From Chloroflexota bacterium (GTDB lineage Bacteria > Chloroflexota > UBA4733), in contig JAMCRV010000083.1 of the NCBI GenBank assembly GCA_023381555.1, forward strand, positions 1 to 51,791: 51,791 bases of DNA, written 5' to 3'. Made by a program: the position numbers and the translations under genes. Each line of letters opens with the position of its first letter. Position 1 is the stretch's first letter. Below are positions 19,166 to 29,442 of the stretch, piece after piece. The notes beneath the pieces are model-generated. The model made no database searches, had not been told where the DNA came from, and saw only the letters and a list, made by a program, of their open reading frames with translations.

Positions 19166-19393
19166 CAGGTGCTTCTCCTCTCAAGGTGCTGTCGGCACAC
19201 GTGGCCAGAGCTGCGCCTGTCGGGCCGCTCAGCACGCGCTAGCACTCGTGCCGCTGTTGATCAAAGTATAATCGCGGTGATGGCGAGCCGTGAGCGGTCA
19301 TGGAGTCCGCCAGAAAATCGCTAAACGCTAAACATCGAGATAGCCCGACACCGCTGCGAGCGTGCGGTACGGTGTCAGACGAGGGGCCCGAGC

Positions 19394-20212
19394 GTGGCTA
19401 CAGGAAGTCCCTATGAAGATGCGGAGACGCGTGAGGCCGTGCGTCTCCGCCGAAGGTTCCGTCGAGATCTCATGTTTGTCACCGGAAGCACCTATGAAGT
19501 TGCGGCTACCGGTGTCGTAGCCGCCCTGGCCATTCTCCCACTCATTTTCGTGCCATCTTCCATCGTGTTGCTGCTCTTCTCCCACACACTGGCAAAGGCT
19601 GCTGTGGAAGCGTCTCAGGCTTTAGGCGTTCAGCCTCTTGATGCGACACCGCCGCCACCAGCAACATCCTCGCTCTTGGTCGCGCTCGTCGTACTGGCCG
19701 CTGCGCTGGCTCTCAGCGGTGGGTGCAGTGCGTGGGTGCGGAGACGCACATACCTCGCTGCCGGAGGGTTGCGACGCTTCCCGGAGCGGGTGTCTGCACG
19801 TCACGCAACACTCGCGTTTTTCGGACCCCTGTGGCTCCTAGTTGTTGCCGTGCTGGTGAAAGCGCAGTTGGGACGGCTGCCCCAGACGCGGTCGCTCGAT
19901 GTCGTCGCGACAACCTCCGTCGATCGTCTGGTCGTCTATGCCTTCCTGGCGATCGTCTTATGCACCATCACCCACCTCCTATGGGAGCTTTGTTTTGAAG
20001 CTATTTGGCCTTCACTGACTTCGGCCAGCGTGGATACGGCACTTGCGGAACGCGAGCTGTACACTGCACAGCTGATTCAAGCCGAAGAGACCCGGCTGCG
20101 TCAACCGTGGGAGTACCTGATTGCTGAAACCTGGCGACGTAGTGAGCCCGTGGCGCGAGAAGTGGGTGGAGACTTGAAAGATGCAGCTTCGCGTGAAACG
20201 GAGCAACAATGA
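19394..20212 (+). CDS. Hypothetical multi-pass membrane protein
   Basis: GTG after GAGGGG, 4-5 hydrophobic segments, ATGA overlap with the polA start. Confidence 0.65.
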   Translation: MATGSPYEDAETREAVRLRRRFRRDLMFVTGSTYEVAATGVVAALAILPLIFVPSSIVLLLFSHTLAKAAVEASQALGVQPLDATPPPPATSSLLVALVVLAAALALSGGCSAWVRRRTYLAAGGLRRFPERVSARHATLAFFGPLWLLVVAVLVKAQLGRLPQTRSLDVVATTSVDRLVVYAFLAIVLCTITHLLWELCFEAIWPSLTSASVDTALAERELYTAQLIQAEETRLRQPWEYLIAETWRRSEPVAREVGGDLKDAASRETEQQ

Positions 20213-23019
20213 GCGTACAGCGGTGTGTCTTCGTCGATGGCAACGCGCTGGTACATCGTGCGTTCCACGCTATTCCTTTGCTTACTACTTCCAAGGGTGA
20301 GCCGACAAACGCCGTGTTCGGCTTCACATCCATGCTCCTGAAGGCTCTGCAGGATCTGCAGCCAGATTGTATAGCAGTAGCGTTCGATACGGCAGCGCCA
20401 ACCTTCCGCAAGCAGCAGTTCGAGCAGTACAAGGCCCACCGGCCGAAAATGCCTCCGGAGCTGGCCTCCCAGTTTCCGCGTGTGCGCGAAATTGTGCAAG
20501 CTCTGGCTGTCCCGATCTTTGAGTTGGAAGGCTTCGAAGCGGACGACCTGCTTGGCACACTGAGCCTCCAAGCGAAAGAGCAGGGCTTTGCGGTTACTAT
20601 TGTCACGGGAGACTTAGACGCGCTCCAACTCGTTGATGAAGATGTCTCTGTCATGATCAACCGCCGTGGCGTGCAGGAAGTGACGGTTTACACTCCCGCT
20701 CTCGTCCGTGAGCGCTACGGCTTTGGACCTGAGCTCATCCCCGATTACAAGGCATTAGTCGGCGACGCCTCAGACAACATTCCCAAGGTGCCAGGCGTCG
20801 GTGACAAGACTGCCGCTGATCTCCTGAGCCGGCACGGTAGCATCGATGGTCTCTATGAACATCTCTCCGAGCTGAAACCAAAGCTGACCGAGACTCTCCT
20901 GGCAAGCCATGACCAGGTTTTCCAGAGCCGTGATCTTGCCAGAATCCGCCGTGATACTCCGATCGTCTTCGACTCACACCGAGCAAGACGAACGCACTAC
21001 AGCAGGGCGGATGCCACACTGCTCTTGCAGGAGCTAGAGTTTCGCTCGCTGGTTGCGAAGCTTCCAGTAGACTCGTCGGAAGTTACTGCGCCGGTGACAG
21101 TGCATCAGAGCTCCCTGTTTGATGCAGCTGAAGATGGCGAGCTTGCTGCTCAGCGTCCTGTCCCGGCCGGGGCACCCGATACGTCGTGGAGGATCGTCGA
21201 TACGGAGCAGGGTCTCGCGGACTTAGTGCACGAGTTAGAGATGGCAGACTGCATCGCGTTTGATGTCGAGACGACAGGCACGGACGCCCTCCGTTGTGAC
21301 TTGGTTGGGATAGCTCTTTCCGGCGCTCCAGGATGGGGAGCCTATCTGCCTGTGGCTCACGCAGCTGCCACAGGCGACTCTGGACGGAAGTCGCTGCCGC
21401 TCGAGCTTGTCCGAGCGCATCTTGGCGCGCTACTCGCTCGTGAGAACCGGCCAAAGATTGCCCACAACGCCAAGTTCGACGTAGAAGTGCTCGTGCGCCA
21501 CGGCCTCGACGTTCGAGGGCTCACCTTCGACACCATGATCGCTGCCTATTTACTCAACTTACGGAGCCTTGGTCTCAAGGATCTTGCGCAACAAGAGCTG
21601 GGAATCGTCATGACTCCAATCACAGACTTGATTGGTACAGGATCCCAGCAGCGCTCGATGGCTGATGTGCCGGTCGAGCTGGCCGCGCCGTACGCTTGCG
21701 CTGACGTCGATGTCACGCAGAGGCTCGCCCAGATCTTCCGGCCCCGTCTCGTTAGCGCAGAGCTGCAGTCTTTGAACGACGATATCGAAGTTCCGCTCAT
21801 CGACGTCTTGGCACAGATGGAGCTATCAGGGATCGCCATCGACAGCCTTGGTCTGAAGGATATGTCGCAGCGTCTCGCGCAGCAATTGCTTGCATTGGAG
21901 CGTCGGATTGTTGACGCGGTGGGCCACAGTTTCAACATCAACTCTCCTGCCCAACTGGGCAAGGTCCTATTTGAGGAGCTCGAGCTTCCGCTCGATTCCC
22001 GCCGGCGCACGAAGATTGGCTATCCAACTGGCTCGGATGTCCTCGAAGATTTGCGGCCGGCTCACCCTGTCGTGGGGCTAGTCCTCGAGTTCCGCGAACT
22101 AGCGAAACTGAAGTCCACGTACGTCGACCGCCTGCCAGCGCTGGTCAATCCGGCAACTGGGCGTGTTCACACGTCGTTCAAGCAGCATGTGGTGTCAACT
22201 GGGCGACTTAGCTCCACCGATCCGAATCTGCAGAACATCCCCGTGCGGACAGAGCTTGGGCGGGAGATCCGGCGTGCCTTTGTACCTGGCCACCCTGATT
22301 GGCTACTGCTCTCTGCCGACTACTCCCAAATTGAGCTCCGTATCCTTGCTCATCTCAGTGGTGACCCATCTCTGACTGCTGCCTTCCTGGCAGAGGAGGA
22401 TATTCACGCAGCAACCGCGTCACGGGTCTTCCGTATCGCAGCCGGAGACGTGCAGCCCCAACAGCGTCGCATGGCCAAGGTCATCAACTTTGGAATTCTC
22501 TATGGAATGGGGCCAGATGCTCTCGCCCGCCAAATTGATTCCTCCCGCAAGGAAGCCCAGGAGTTCATCGCACAGTACTTTCAGACATTTCCTCAGGTGC
22601 AGCAGTTCATCGAGAACACGAAGCGTGAGGCTGCAGAGAATGGGTTCGTGACCACGATTACCGGACGGCGCCGCTCTATGGAGGAGCTACGTGATCCGAG
22701 ACGTGCGATTCGAGCCCAAGCAGAGCGAGCAGCTGTCAACGCACCAGTGCAAGGTAGTGCGGCGGACATCATCAAGATCGCCATGGTACGCCTGCACCGC
22801 CTGTTTCGCGAGCAGGATCTAGAGGTGCGTATGCTCCTGCAAGTACACGACGAGCTCGTGTTCGAGTTGCCAGCCACAGAGCTGCGTACAGTTGCTCCGC
22901 TCGTGCGCGCAACGATGGAAGAGGCCTACAGGCTGTCCGTGCCGCTCCGTGTCGAGAGCAAGAGTGGTCCGAATTGGGCGGATCTAAGGCCAGTCGATGA
23001 GCCTGGTGGCGAAAGATAG
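20209..23019 (+). CDS. polA: DNA polymerase I
   Basis: 5'-3' exo (VDGNAL, EADD, GDASDNIP), 3'-5' exo (FDVETTG, HNAKFD, YACAD), polymerase motifs ADYSQIELR, KVINFGILYG, LQVHDEL. Confidence 0.98.
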   Translation: MSVQRCVFVDGNALVHRAFHAIPLLTTSKGEPTNAVFGFTSMLLKALQDLQPDCIAVAFDTAAPTFRKQQFEQYKAHRPKMPPELASQFPRVREIVQALAVPIFELEGFEADDLLGTLSLQAKEQGFAVTIVTGDLDALQLVDEDVSVMINRRGVQEVTVYTPALVRERYGFGPELIPDYKALVGDASDNIPKVPGVGDKTAADLLSRHGSIDGLYEHLSELKPKLTETLLASHDQVFQSRDLARIRRDTPIVFDSHRARRTHYSRADATLLLQELEFRSLVAKLPVDSSEVTAPVTVHQSSLFDAAEDGELAAQRPVPAGAPDTSWRIVDTEQGLADLVHELEMADCIAFDVETTGTDALRCDLVGIALSGAPGWGAYLPVAHAAATGDSGRKSLPLELVRAHLGALLARENRPKIAHNAKFDVEVLVRHGLDVRGLTFDTMIAAYLLNLRSLGLKDLAQQELGIVMTPITDLIGTGSQQRSMADVPVELAAPYACADVDVTQRLAQIFRPRLVSAELQSLNDDIEVPLIDVLAQMELSGIAIDSLGLKDMSQRLAQQLLALERRIVDAVGHSFNINSPAQLGKVLFEELELPLDSRRRTKIGYPTGSDVLEDLRPAHPVVGLVLEFRELAKLKSTYVDRLPALVNPATGRVHTSFKQHVVSTGRLSSTDPNLQNIPVRTELGREIRRAFVPGHPDWLLLSADYSQIELRILAHLSGDPSLTAAFLAEEDIHAATASRVFRIAAGDVQPQQRRMAKVINFGILYGMGPDALARQIDSSRKEAQEFIAQYFQTFPQVQQFIENTKREAAENGFVTTITGRRRSMEELRDPRRAIRAQAERAAVNAPVQGSAADIIKIAMVRLHRLFREQDLEVRMLLQVHDELVFELPATELRTVAPLVRATMEEAYRLSVPLRVESKSGPNWADLRPVDEPGGER

Positions 23020-23137
23020 ATGGTCCCTGTCGCTCACAAGCTGTGTTGCACCGCGGATAAGGCCAGAGAATCATCGAATTCCGGCGGAGCAGAAGCCCAC
23101 GCTGGTAGCGGTGCATATTGCGACTGTGCCGGCCTTC

Positions 23138-23707
23138 TCAGGCATGATTCGCACGGATGAGGACAAGCGCTTCAAAGAGCGCGAAGATGAGGAAGATGAT
23201 GATGCCCATCGCTGGAGACCAGAGGTGCATGAGCCGCGAGACAAGGTTGAGCTCGAGGAATCCGGCGGCGAGGAGACCTTGACGCAACGCATCATAGGCG
23301 ATAGCAGGGTGCAGTCGTTGGGGCTTGTTGTGATGAAATATCCAGATCACCAGCCCCACGATCCCCCAGATGAGAAACCCAGAGGAAAGGACGAAGATCA
23401 GTTGATGCTTAGCAGTATCCGGTGAAAGGCTCGCTAGTGCAAAGACGGTGAAAAAGACGCCGATAAGAGCAAAGAGGCCCAGCAAGATCACAAAAGGGTG
23501 AATGGGGAAGTTGCGCAGAGGAGGTGCTTGGGGAGTGGCCTTGGGGACATCCTTGACTGCCTGAGGGCGGCTCTGGCGGTGTTGCCGGACGAATGTCTCT
23601 GCCTGTAGGTGTCGCTGGCGCGCTGACCGGCGCGCTTGCAGCCGACTGAGCACGCGCTGCCGGTCTAGCGCGCGCCGCTGATCACTCTGCGGACTCTGCA
23701 TCTTCAT
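23138..23707 (-). CDS. Hypothetical membrane protein
   Basis: Basic N-terminus followed by four hydrophobic helices; overlaps the 3' end of obg. Confidence 0.6.
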   Translation of the reverse strand: MKMQSPQSDQRRALDRQRVLSRLQARRSARQRHLQAETFVRQHRQSRPQAVKDVPKATPQAPPLRNFPIHPFVILLGLFALIGVFFTVFALASLSPDTAKHQLIFVLSSGFLIWGIVGLVIWIFHHNKPQRLHPAIAYDALRQGLLAAGFLELNLVSRLMHLWSPAMGIIIFLIFALFEALVLIRANHA

Positions 23708-24983
23708 CCTCCCAACGTGACCAGGAGAGCTTCCCTTCTTCCAAACGCCAGATCGCCGGTCCCACTTGCACTTCTAGCGGCACAAGGTGGCTTCGGGCGA
23801 CGGCCTGAGGCACGCGCAGCTGAATGAGCCGGCGCCGCAAGCGCTCAATGGCATCACGCTCTCGAAAGTCTGTCTGGCTGGTGACTCGATCAACGATAGG
23901 ACCCTCAACGCGGACGAGTCGCTCAGCCACGGACACAATCCAGAACTCCGGCATTTCGGGACGTGCCGTAACCTCCACTGCCGGAGGCGAAGGAAGCTCA
24001 TCAAGCAGTGCAGCTACACGCTGCAGCAGCTGGCTGAGACCGTCGTGCGTTGCGGCGCTTACGAGAAAAACTTCGTGCTCGTGGGCATAACGACGCCTAA
24101 TCTCCTGAAAGTATGCGTGAGTCTCAGGGAGATCGCTCTTGTTGACCACAAGCAGCCGTGGACGTGTCACAAGCTCTGGGTCAAACTGCTGGAGCTCCTC
24201 CACGATCACCTCGATGTCGTGAGCCGGGTCATGTCCTTCGAGCCCCGAGCCGTCGACCAGGTGAAGAAGCAAGCGCGTGCGTTGCACGTGTCGCAGAAAA
24301 TCGTGGCCGAGGCCAACACCACGGTGTGCTCCTTCGATCAGCCCGGGAATGTCGGCCACGACAAAGGAGCGGTCGCCAACAGTAGCTACGCCCAGGTTCG
24401 GCTCAAGGGTGGTGAAGGGGTAGGCGCCGATCTTCGGCTGCGCTCGCGAGACGGCTGCCAGGAAGGTCGATTTTCCGGCGTTTGGTAGGCCGACGAGACC
24501 AACCTCAGCAATCAGCTTGAGCTCGAGGTGCAGCGCGAGCGTTTCTCCAGGCTCTCCCCGATCAGCAACCCGCGGAGCCTGGTTCGTCGCAGTGGCAAAA
24601 TGCACATTGCCGAGACCGCCACGACCGCCGCGTGCGACGAGCACGCGCCGGCCAGGCTCCATGATGTCGGCAAGAACCGTGTCAGAACCAGTCAGCCGCA
24701 CGATGGTGCCGGCTGGTACCCGGATGATGAGGTCGTGCCCCTTGGCGCCGTGCCGGCGGTTGCCTCCACCGTGTCCCCCGTGGCCTGCCCGGAACTCATG
24801 TTGATGGACGAACCGGCCGAGCGTATTGAGGTTGGTCTCACCCACTAGGTAGATGGAGCCACCGCGACCACCATCACCACCGTCGGGGCCTCCGAAGGGA
24901 ACGAACTTCTCACGGCGAAAGTGGGCGCTTCCATCCCCGCCGTTACCCGCGTGGACAATGATCTCGGCGTGGTCTGCAAACAT
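23682..24983 (-). CDS. obgE: GTPase ObgE/CgtA
   Basis: GGPDGGDGGRGG, GLPNAGKST, YPFTTLEP, DIPGLIEGA, NKSD. Confidence 0.97.
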   Translation of the reverse strand: MFADHAEIIVHAGNGGDGSAHFRREKFVPFGGPDGGDGGRGGSIYLVGETNLNTLGRFVHQHEFRAGHGGHGGGNRRHGAKGHDLIIRVPAGTIVRLTGSDTVLADIMEPGRRVLVARGGRGGLGNVHFATATNQAPRVADRGEPGETLALHLELKLIAEVGLVGLPNAGKSTFLAAVSRAQPKIGAYPFTTLEPNLGVATVGDRSFVVADIPGLIEGAHRGVGLGHDFLRHVQRTRLLLHLVDGSGLEGHDPAHDIEVIVEELQQFDPELVTRPRLLVVNKSDLPETHAYFQEIRRRYAHEHEVFLVSAATHDGLSQLLQRVAALLDELPSPPAVEVTARPEMPEFWIVSVAERLVRVEGPIVDRVTSQTDFRERDAIERLRRRLIQLRVPQAVARSHLVPLEVQVGPAIWRLEEGKLSWSRWEDEDAESAE

Positions 24984-25011
24984 CTCTTCTTTGCGCTCGC
25001 TTGCTCGTCGC

Positions 25012-27069
25012 TTAGTGTACTTGAGGCGCCAGGCGATTAGGCTCGGAAGTGATCACGGCTGGGAAGCGAATGACAGCCAGCGTCCCACCGCCGGGCGATG
25101 GAATCAAGGTGAATGACCCATGCAAGTCCTTTGAAACCAAAGTATGGATGATTTGGGTACCGAGCCCACCGCTACCGTCGACCGAGAAGCCTGATGGCAA
25201 GCCGCTCCCATCGTCGAGTACCTCAACGCTTACCTCATTGAGATGGCGCCGTACGGCAACTCGCAGAGTGCCTGTTTCACGCTGAGCGAATCCGTGCTGA
25301 ATGGCATTTGTAACGACTTCGTTGAGCACAAGGGCAAGAATCGTCGCCTCTTTCGATGCGATCTGCAGCGTGTGGTCCTCGATGTCATAGTGCACAGTCA
25401 CTCCAGTGCTCGTTAGTGCAGACGTCACACTGCCGACCACCTGCTGAACGATATCACGGACGCTGGCGAGACCGATATCCTCGTGGGAGAGCAGGTCGTG
25501 AATCGACGCAATGCTCTGTATTCGCGCAATGCTCTCAGCGAGGGCTATCCGCTCGGAGGCAACCTTAGCCCGGCGCATCTGCATGGAGAGCAGCGCCGCG
25601 ATTGTCTGGAGATTGTTCTTCACACGGTGGTGCATTTCAGCGAGCAATAGGCTCTTGGTCTGCAATCCCCACCGGACCTCTTGGTACAGCTGAGCGTTGT
25701 CAAGCGCCAGCGCTGCTTCGTCGCAGAATGCCAAGAGAAGAGGAAGCTCCGCCTGCTGAAAGCCATGCGGCTCATAGGCATATAGGCAAGCGACCCCGAT
25801 TTCCGTGCGCTTCGTGAGTAGTGGCAGGGCAAGAAGTGAGCGATAACCCTCGGCTCGTACATCCTCTTCAGAAGCGGCGATGCGCGGATCGCTGAGTGCA
25901 TCGAAGACGATGACGGGCTCCTTAGTGCGCAAAGCAGCACCAACGACCCCCTGGCCTACCGGAACACGGACACGCTCGCGATAGCCCTCGCTGAGACCCT
26001 TGCTGGAAGCAATACGATACGCGCCGATCTGATCGTCGAGCACGAACACTGAGCACTTATCAGCTCGACCAAGATCCTTGAGATACGTCACGATGAGATC
26101 GAGGACTTCCTGGACATCCAGGGAGGAAGCCACGAGAGCGGAAACTCGCTGCAAGGTAGTCATCTGTTCGACCTTACGGCGCAGCTGTTCATCAGTCTCC
26201 CGGTAGAGTCGGGCATTCTCGATGGCTAGGGCGATCTGGCCGCTGACAGACTCTAGAAAAGCCGTCTCTGCTGTTGTCCAGTCGCGCACCTGCACTGTCT
26301 GGACGTTGAGCACGCCAACGAGCTTGTGCACGGTGAAGACGACGATCGGCACCGACAGCATGGAGCGATAGGACTCTTCCCCTGACTCGGGAATGTACTT
26401 GAATCTCGGGTCGGCCCAGGCATCGGCAACGGCAACCGGCTTACCGGTCTGCGCGGCCCATCCAGTGATACCTTCACCGATAGACATCCGCGCCTTACCG
26501 ATCACGTGTGGTGAGAGCCCCGTGCTCGCTCGAAGCACGAGATCATTGCGCTGATCATCAAAGACATAAATACTGCACAGGTCGCTCCGGGTTACACTGC
26601 GGACGGCCCGAGCGGTGAGGTCTAGCATCGTCCCGAGATCGAGACTTGAGTTAGCAGCGCTATTGACCGTTTGCAGAGCTGTGAGTTGCTCTACTGTCTC
26701 GGTGAGCCGCTGGTCGAGAGCACCGAGCGTCGTGATGAGCGCTGCACTGGCTTGTGCCACCACGCAGGAGATCGTTGCCACGAGCTCCGTCGAAGACTGG
26801 CGAAGGCGCCGTTCCATCTGCAGTCTCGCCTCTGCGTTCGTCACCGTCAGGTCGAGTTCCCTTGCAACTTGACCGGCGGCTGCATTGACGGCCTTCAAGA
26901 TCTCAGAGAGTGGATCTTGCTGGGTCGCGCACAGCCGGGCCAGCCGCTCGAACTGTAGCCGCAAGGATCGGGATGGGCCTTCTCGACACGCCGTTCGCAG
27001 CAGCTCGTGAAACTGTGGCTGGAGTACCTCGAGCGCGCTTCCAGGCTCGCTCGCCGAACTGTCCTGCAA
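25012..27069 (-). CDS. Soluble sensor histidine kinase: helical N-domain, GAF, GAF, HisKA_2, HATPase (PdtaS/EutW-like)
   Basis: EMHHRVKNNLQ H-box, NEVVTNAIQH, DDGSGLP, GLGTQI, two GAF domains (GEGITGW, GQGVVG), no TM segment. TTG start 3 nt after the ftsZ stop. Confidence 0.88.
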   Translation of the reverse strand: MQDSSASEPGSALEVLQPQFHELLRTACREGPSRSLRLQFERLARLCATQQDPLSEILKAVNAAAGQVARELDLTVTNAEARLQMERRLRQSSTELVATISCVVAQASAALITTLGALDQRLTETVEQLTALQTVNSAANSSLDLGTMLDLTARAVRSVTRSDLCSIYVFDDQRNDLVLRASTGLSPHVIGKARMSIGEGITGWAAQTGKPVAVADAWADPRFKYIPESGEESYRSMLSVPIVVFTVHKLVGVLNVQTVQVRDWTTAETAFLESVSGQIALAIENARLYRETDEQLRRKVEQMTTLQRVSALVASSLDVQEVLDLIVTYLKDLGRADKCSVFVLDDQIGAYRIASSKGLSEGYRERVRVPVGQGVVGAALRTKEPVIVFDALSDPRIAASEEDVRAEGYRSLLALPLLTKRTEIGVACLYAYEPHGFQQAELPLLLAFCDEAALALDNAQLYQEVRWGLQTKSLLLAEMHHRVKNNLQTIAALLSMQMRRAKVASERIALAESIARIQSIASIHDLLSHEDIGLASVRDIVQQVVGSVTSALTSTGVTVHYDIEDHTLQIASKEATILALVLNEVVTNAIQHGFAQRETGTLRVAVRRHLNEVSVEVLDDGSGLPSGFSVDGSGGLGTQIIHTLVSKDLHGSFTLIPSPGGGTLAVIRFPAVITSEPNRLAPQVH

Positions 27070-27072
27070 ATG

Positions 27073-28296
27073 TCACCTACCCGGCCGGTTGCGGAGAAAA
27101 GCGGGAACCTCGAGACCACTCGATGAGCGCCTTCGCGGTTCCTCGCGTGGTCGCTCTTCAGGAAGCCGCTGATTGGTATCCGGTTCTGGTTGTTCTAGAG
27201 GCTCTTCTGGACGTGGTGCAGTGGCAGGTCGATCAGTGTAATCGCCAGATCCCGACGGCGAGGACGATTCTCGCCACGAGGTCTGCGTTCGCACGCCGTA
27301 GCTCGACCGTGCACTCGAAGATGAATCGAATCCCGTAGCGATGATAGTGAGCTCGACTTCGTCGTCGCTGCGCTGGTCATCGACTACTGCCCCAACAATG
27401 ATGTTGGCATCTGGGTGCACACGCTTTTGGATGATCTCCGCCGAAGTGCCCACTTCCAGCATAGTAAGGCTGGTGCCACCGCGAATATTGAAGAGCACAC
27501 CCTTCGCACCGTCGATTGTCGCATCCAGTAAGGGGCTGGAGATTGCCTGCTCGGCGGCCAGTTCGAGACGCCGATCCCCCCGACCGCGCCCAATGGCCAT
27601 CATCGCTGACCCGGCATTCGCAATAATGGCACGAACGTCGGCGAAGTCTACGTTGATCAGCCCTGGAACGGTGATGATGTCCGAGATGCCTTGAACGCCC
27701 TGGCGCAGCACTTCATCGGCCAGCTTGAAGCTTTCCTTGACGGGCATTTTAGGATCAGCAATTTTGAGCAAGCGCTCATTAGGAATGCAGATGAGCGCGT
27801 CGACGTTTGTGCGCAGCTCTTCCATGCCCCGCAAGGCCGACTCGCGCCGCCGGCCACCTTCAAAGGCGAATGGCAACGTCACGACACCAACCGTGAGGGC
27901 GTGCATCTCGCGGGCGAGGCGAGCGACGATTGGAGCAGCACCCGTTCCTGTGCCGCCGCCCATTCCCGCCGTCACGAAAACCATGTCACACTCGCCAATG
28001 ATTTCGCGCAGCTTGTCTTCGCTCTCTTCTGCGGCTTTCTGACCCTGGGCAGGATCACCGCCAGCCCCCAGGCCACGTGCCTGCTTGTCGCCAATCCGGA
28101 CGACTGTCGAGGCTTTGGATAGATCCAACACTTGCTGATCGGTGTTCACGGCGATGAACTCGACGCCGGATAGTCCAGCGTCGATCATGCGGTTCACGGC
28201 GTTGTTTCCGCCGCCTCCCACACCAATCACTTTGATGCGGGCACGGTGCGGCGGCTGCACGTGGCCGTTGAGCTCGCGGCGGGAAGTGCGATCCAT
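27073..28296 (-). CDS. ftsZ: Cell division protein FtsZ
   Basis: [37 protein letters not shown]-terminal LEVPAFLR. Confidence 0.98.
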   Translation of the reverse strand: MDRTSRRELNGHVQPPHRARIKVIGVGGGGNNAVNRMIDAGLSGVEFIAVNTDQQVLDLSKASTVVRIGDKQARGLGAGGDPAQGQKAAEESEDKLREIIGECDMVFVTAGMGGGTGTGAAPIVARLAREMHALTVGVVTLPFAFEGGRRRESALRGMEELRTNVDALICIPNERLLKIADPKMPVKESFKLADEVLRQGVQGISDIITVPGLINVDFADVRAIIANAGSAMMAIGRGRGDRRLELAAEQAISSPLLDATIDGAKGVLFNIRGGTSLTMLEVGTSAEIIQKRVHPDANIIVGAVVDDQRSDDEVELTIIATGFDSSSSARSSYGVRTQTSWRESSSPSGSGDYTDRPATAPRPEEPLEQPEPDTNQRLPEERPREEPRRRSSSGLEVPAFLRNRPGR

Positions 28297-28450
28297 GCTC
28301 CTGCACTCCTTGAACTGTCGGTCGTAACTGCCTGGCTGGCAGCCGTTAACACAATAACGACAAGTTGGCCAGTTGTCGAAGACGTAACCTGTTTCTACCT
28401 ATCTTGAGTGCCTACTCGCTTCTCTGAAAACCGTGCCAGCAGCGTTCCCA

Positions 28451-29002
28451 CTAGGAGTGGCGCTGCTCGAGCGCGGAGAGTGGAATGTTGGACCGACCTC
28501 GGTTGGAAGGTGCCCAGGACCAGAGGTACACCCAGTGCGGCCTGGAATACTCCCGACCCTCGAGCCGGAAACCAGGAAGGTCGTGAAAGATGCGTAACCA
28601 TGCGGTCTGATCATCCTTCGTCTTCGCTCGGACTTCGACTGGAGATTGGATCTGGATGAGCTCGCGTACGAGGCGCTTGACAACCGCAGGATCGGGCTCT
28701 TCACCCTTTGTGCCCGCATCCTTGATCGTGACCACACCGTCGACTCGGGTATACCATTCCAACATGCCTTCGAGCAGCCAGCGGTCTTCACGCGGATCAT
28801 GGCGCTCAAGGATAAGCAGCTCATTGCGCTTCGCTGCCTCAACGTAGTTGCGGCGTGGCGTCTTGCCCCGCGGTCTGGCCAAGGAGTTACCGATACTCTC
28901 GTAGATTCGATCACAATCCTCCACAGTCGCCACGTGCAACTGATAGGTCGGTTCTGGCTCCTGTTGAGGGCTGCGCGGCATGCCGCGCTGTCCGGACACC
29001 AT
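28451..29002 (-). CDS. Hypothetical protein, GNAT-like fold with degenerate CoA-binding motif
   Basis: RBS AGGAGGAG. Pattern QLHVATVEDCDRI ... LEGMLEW ... KRLVREL ... IFHDLPGFRLEG follows GNAT topology (inference). Confidence 0.55.
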   Translation of the reverse strand: MVSGQRGMPRSPQQEPEPTYQLHVATVEDCDRIYESIGNSLARPRGKTPRRNYVEAAKRNELLILERHDPREDRWLLEGMLEWYTRVDGVVTIKDAGTKGEEPDPAVVKRLVRELIQIQSPVEVRAKTKDDQTAWLRIFHDLPGFRLEGREYSRPHWVYLWSWAPSNRGRSNIPLSALEQRHS

Positions 29003-29026
29003 CGTACTCCTCCTAGCTACCGCGGT

Positions 29027-29276
29027 CTAGAGCTTGCCGTTACTCTCTACAACGCGGAATAGGTCATTTGGTTGGGTGTTACTGTGGATAGATAGGTCTA
29101 CCTTCTTTCCGCTGACACCCCAGGTCTGGTTCCATTGCCGAGCAATGCACGAGGAGATAGTTTGCGCCGTCCGCTTGCGGAAAGCCGGGAGACTCTTATG
29201 AGATCTTCGTCTTGGCGATGCCTCGTGCGGGGAGGCTGCTCCGGAGTGAGCACGCCCCGCGCAGCGTCTTCGGCAT
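29027..29276 (-). other. Possible small or frameshifted gene upstream of the GNAT-like gene
   Basis: GAGGAG-N6-ATG at 29276 gives only 26 aa (stop 29198-29196). Another frame continues protein-like to TAG at 29027. Confidence 0.25.
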
Positions 29277-29442
29277 GCAGCACTCCTCTCGACGACTCTC
29301 AAACAAAAGAAACTCAGGTGCTCTAAAGTCTTGCTGACTGGGAGTATACCATTGTGTGCTCACTTAGACTGTAAGGGTTGGTCGGGATGGTAGTATCGCC
29401 GAGATGGCAGTCTCCCCCCTAAGCAGCTGGAGGAGAGCGGCG

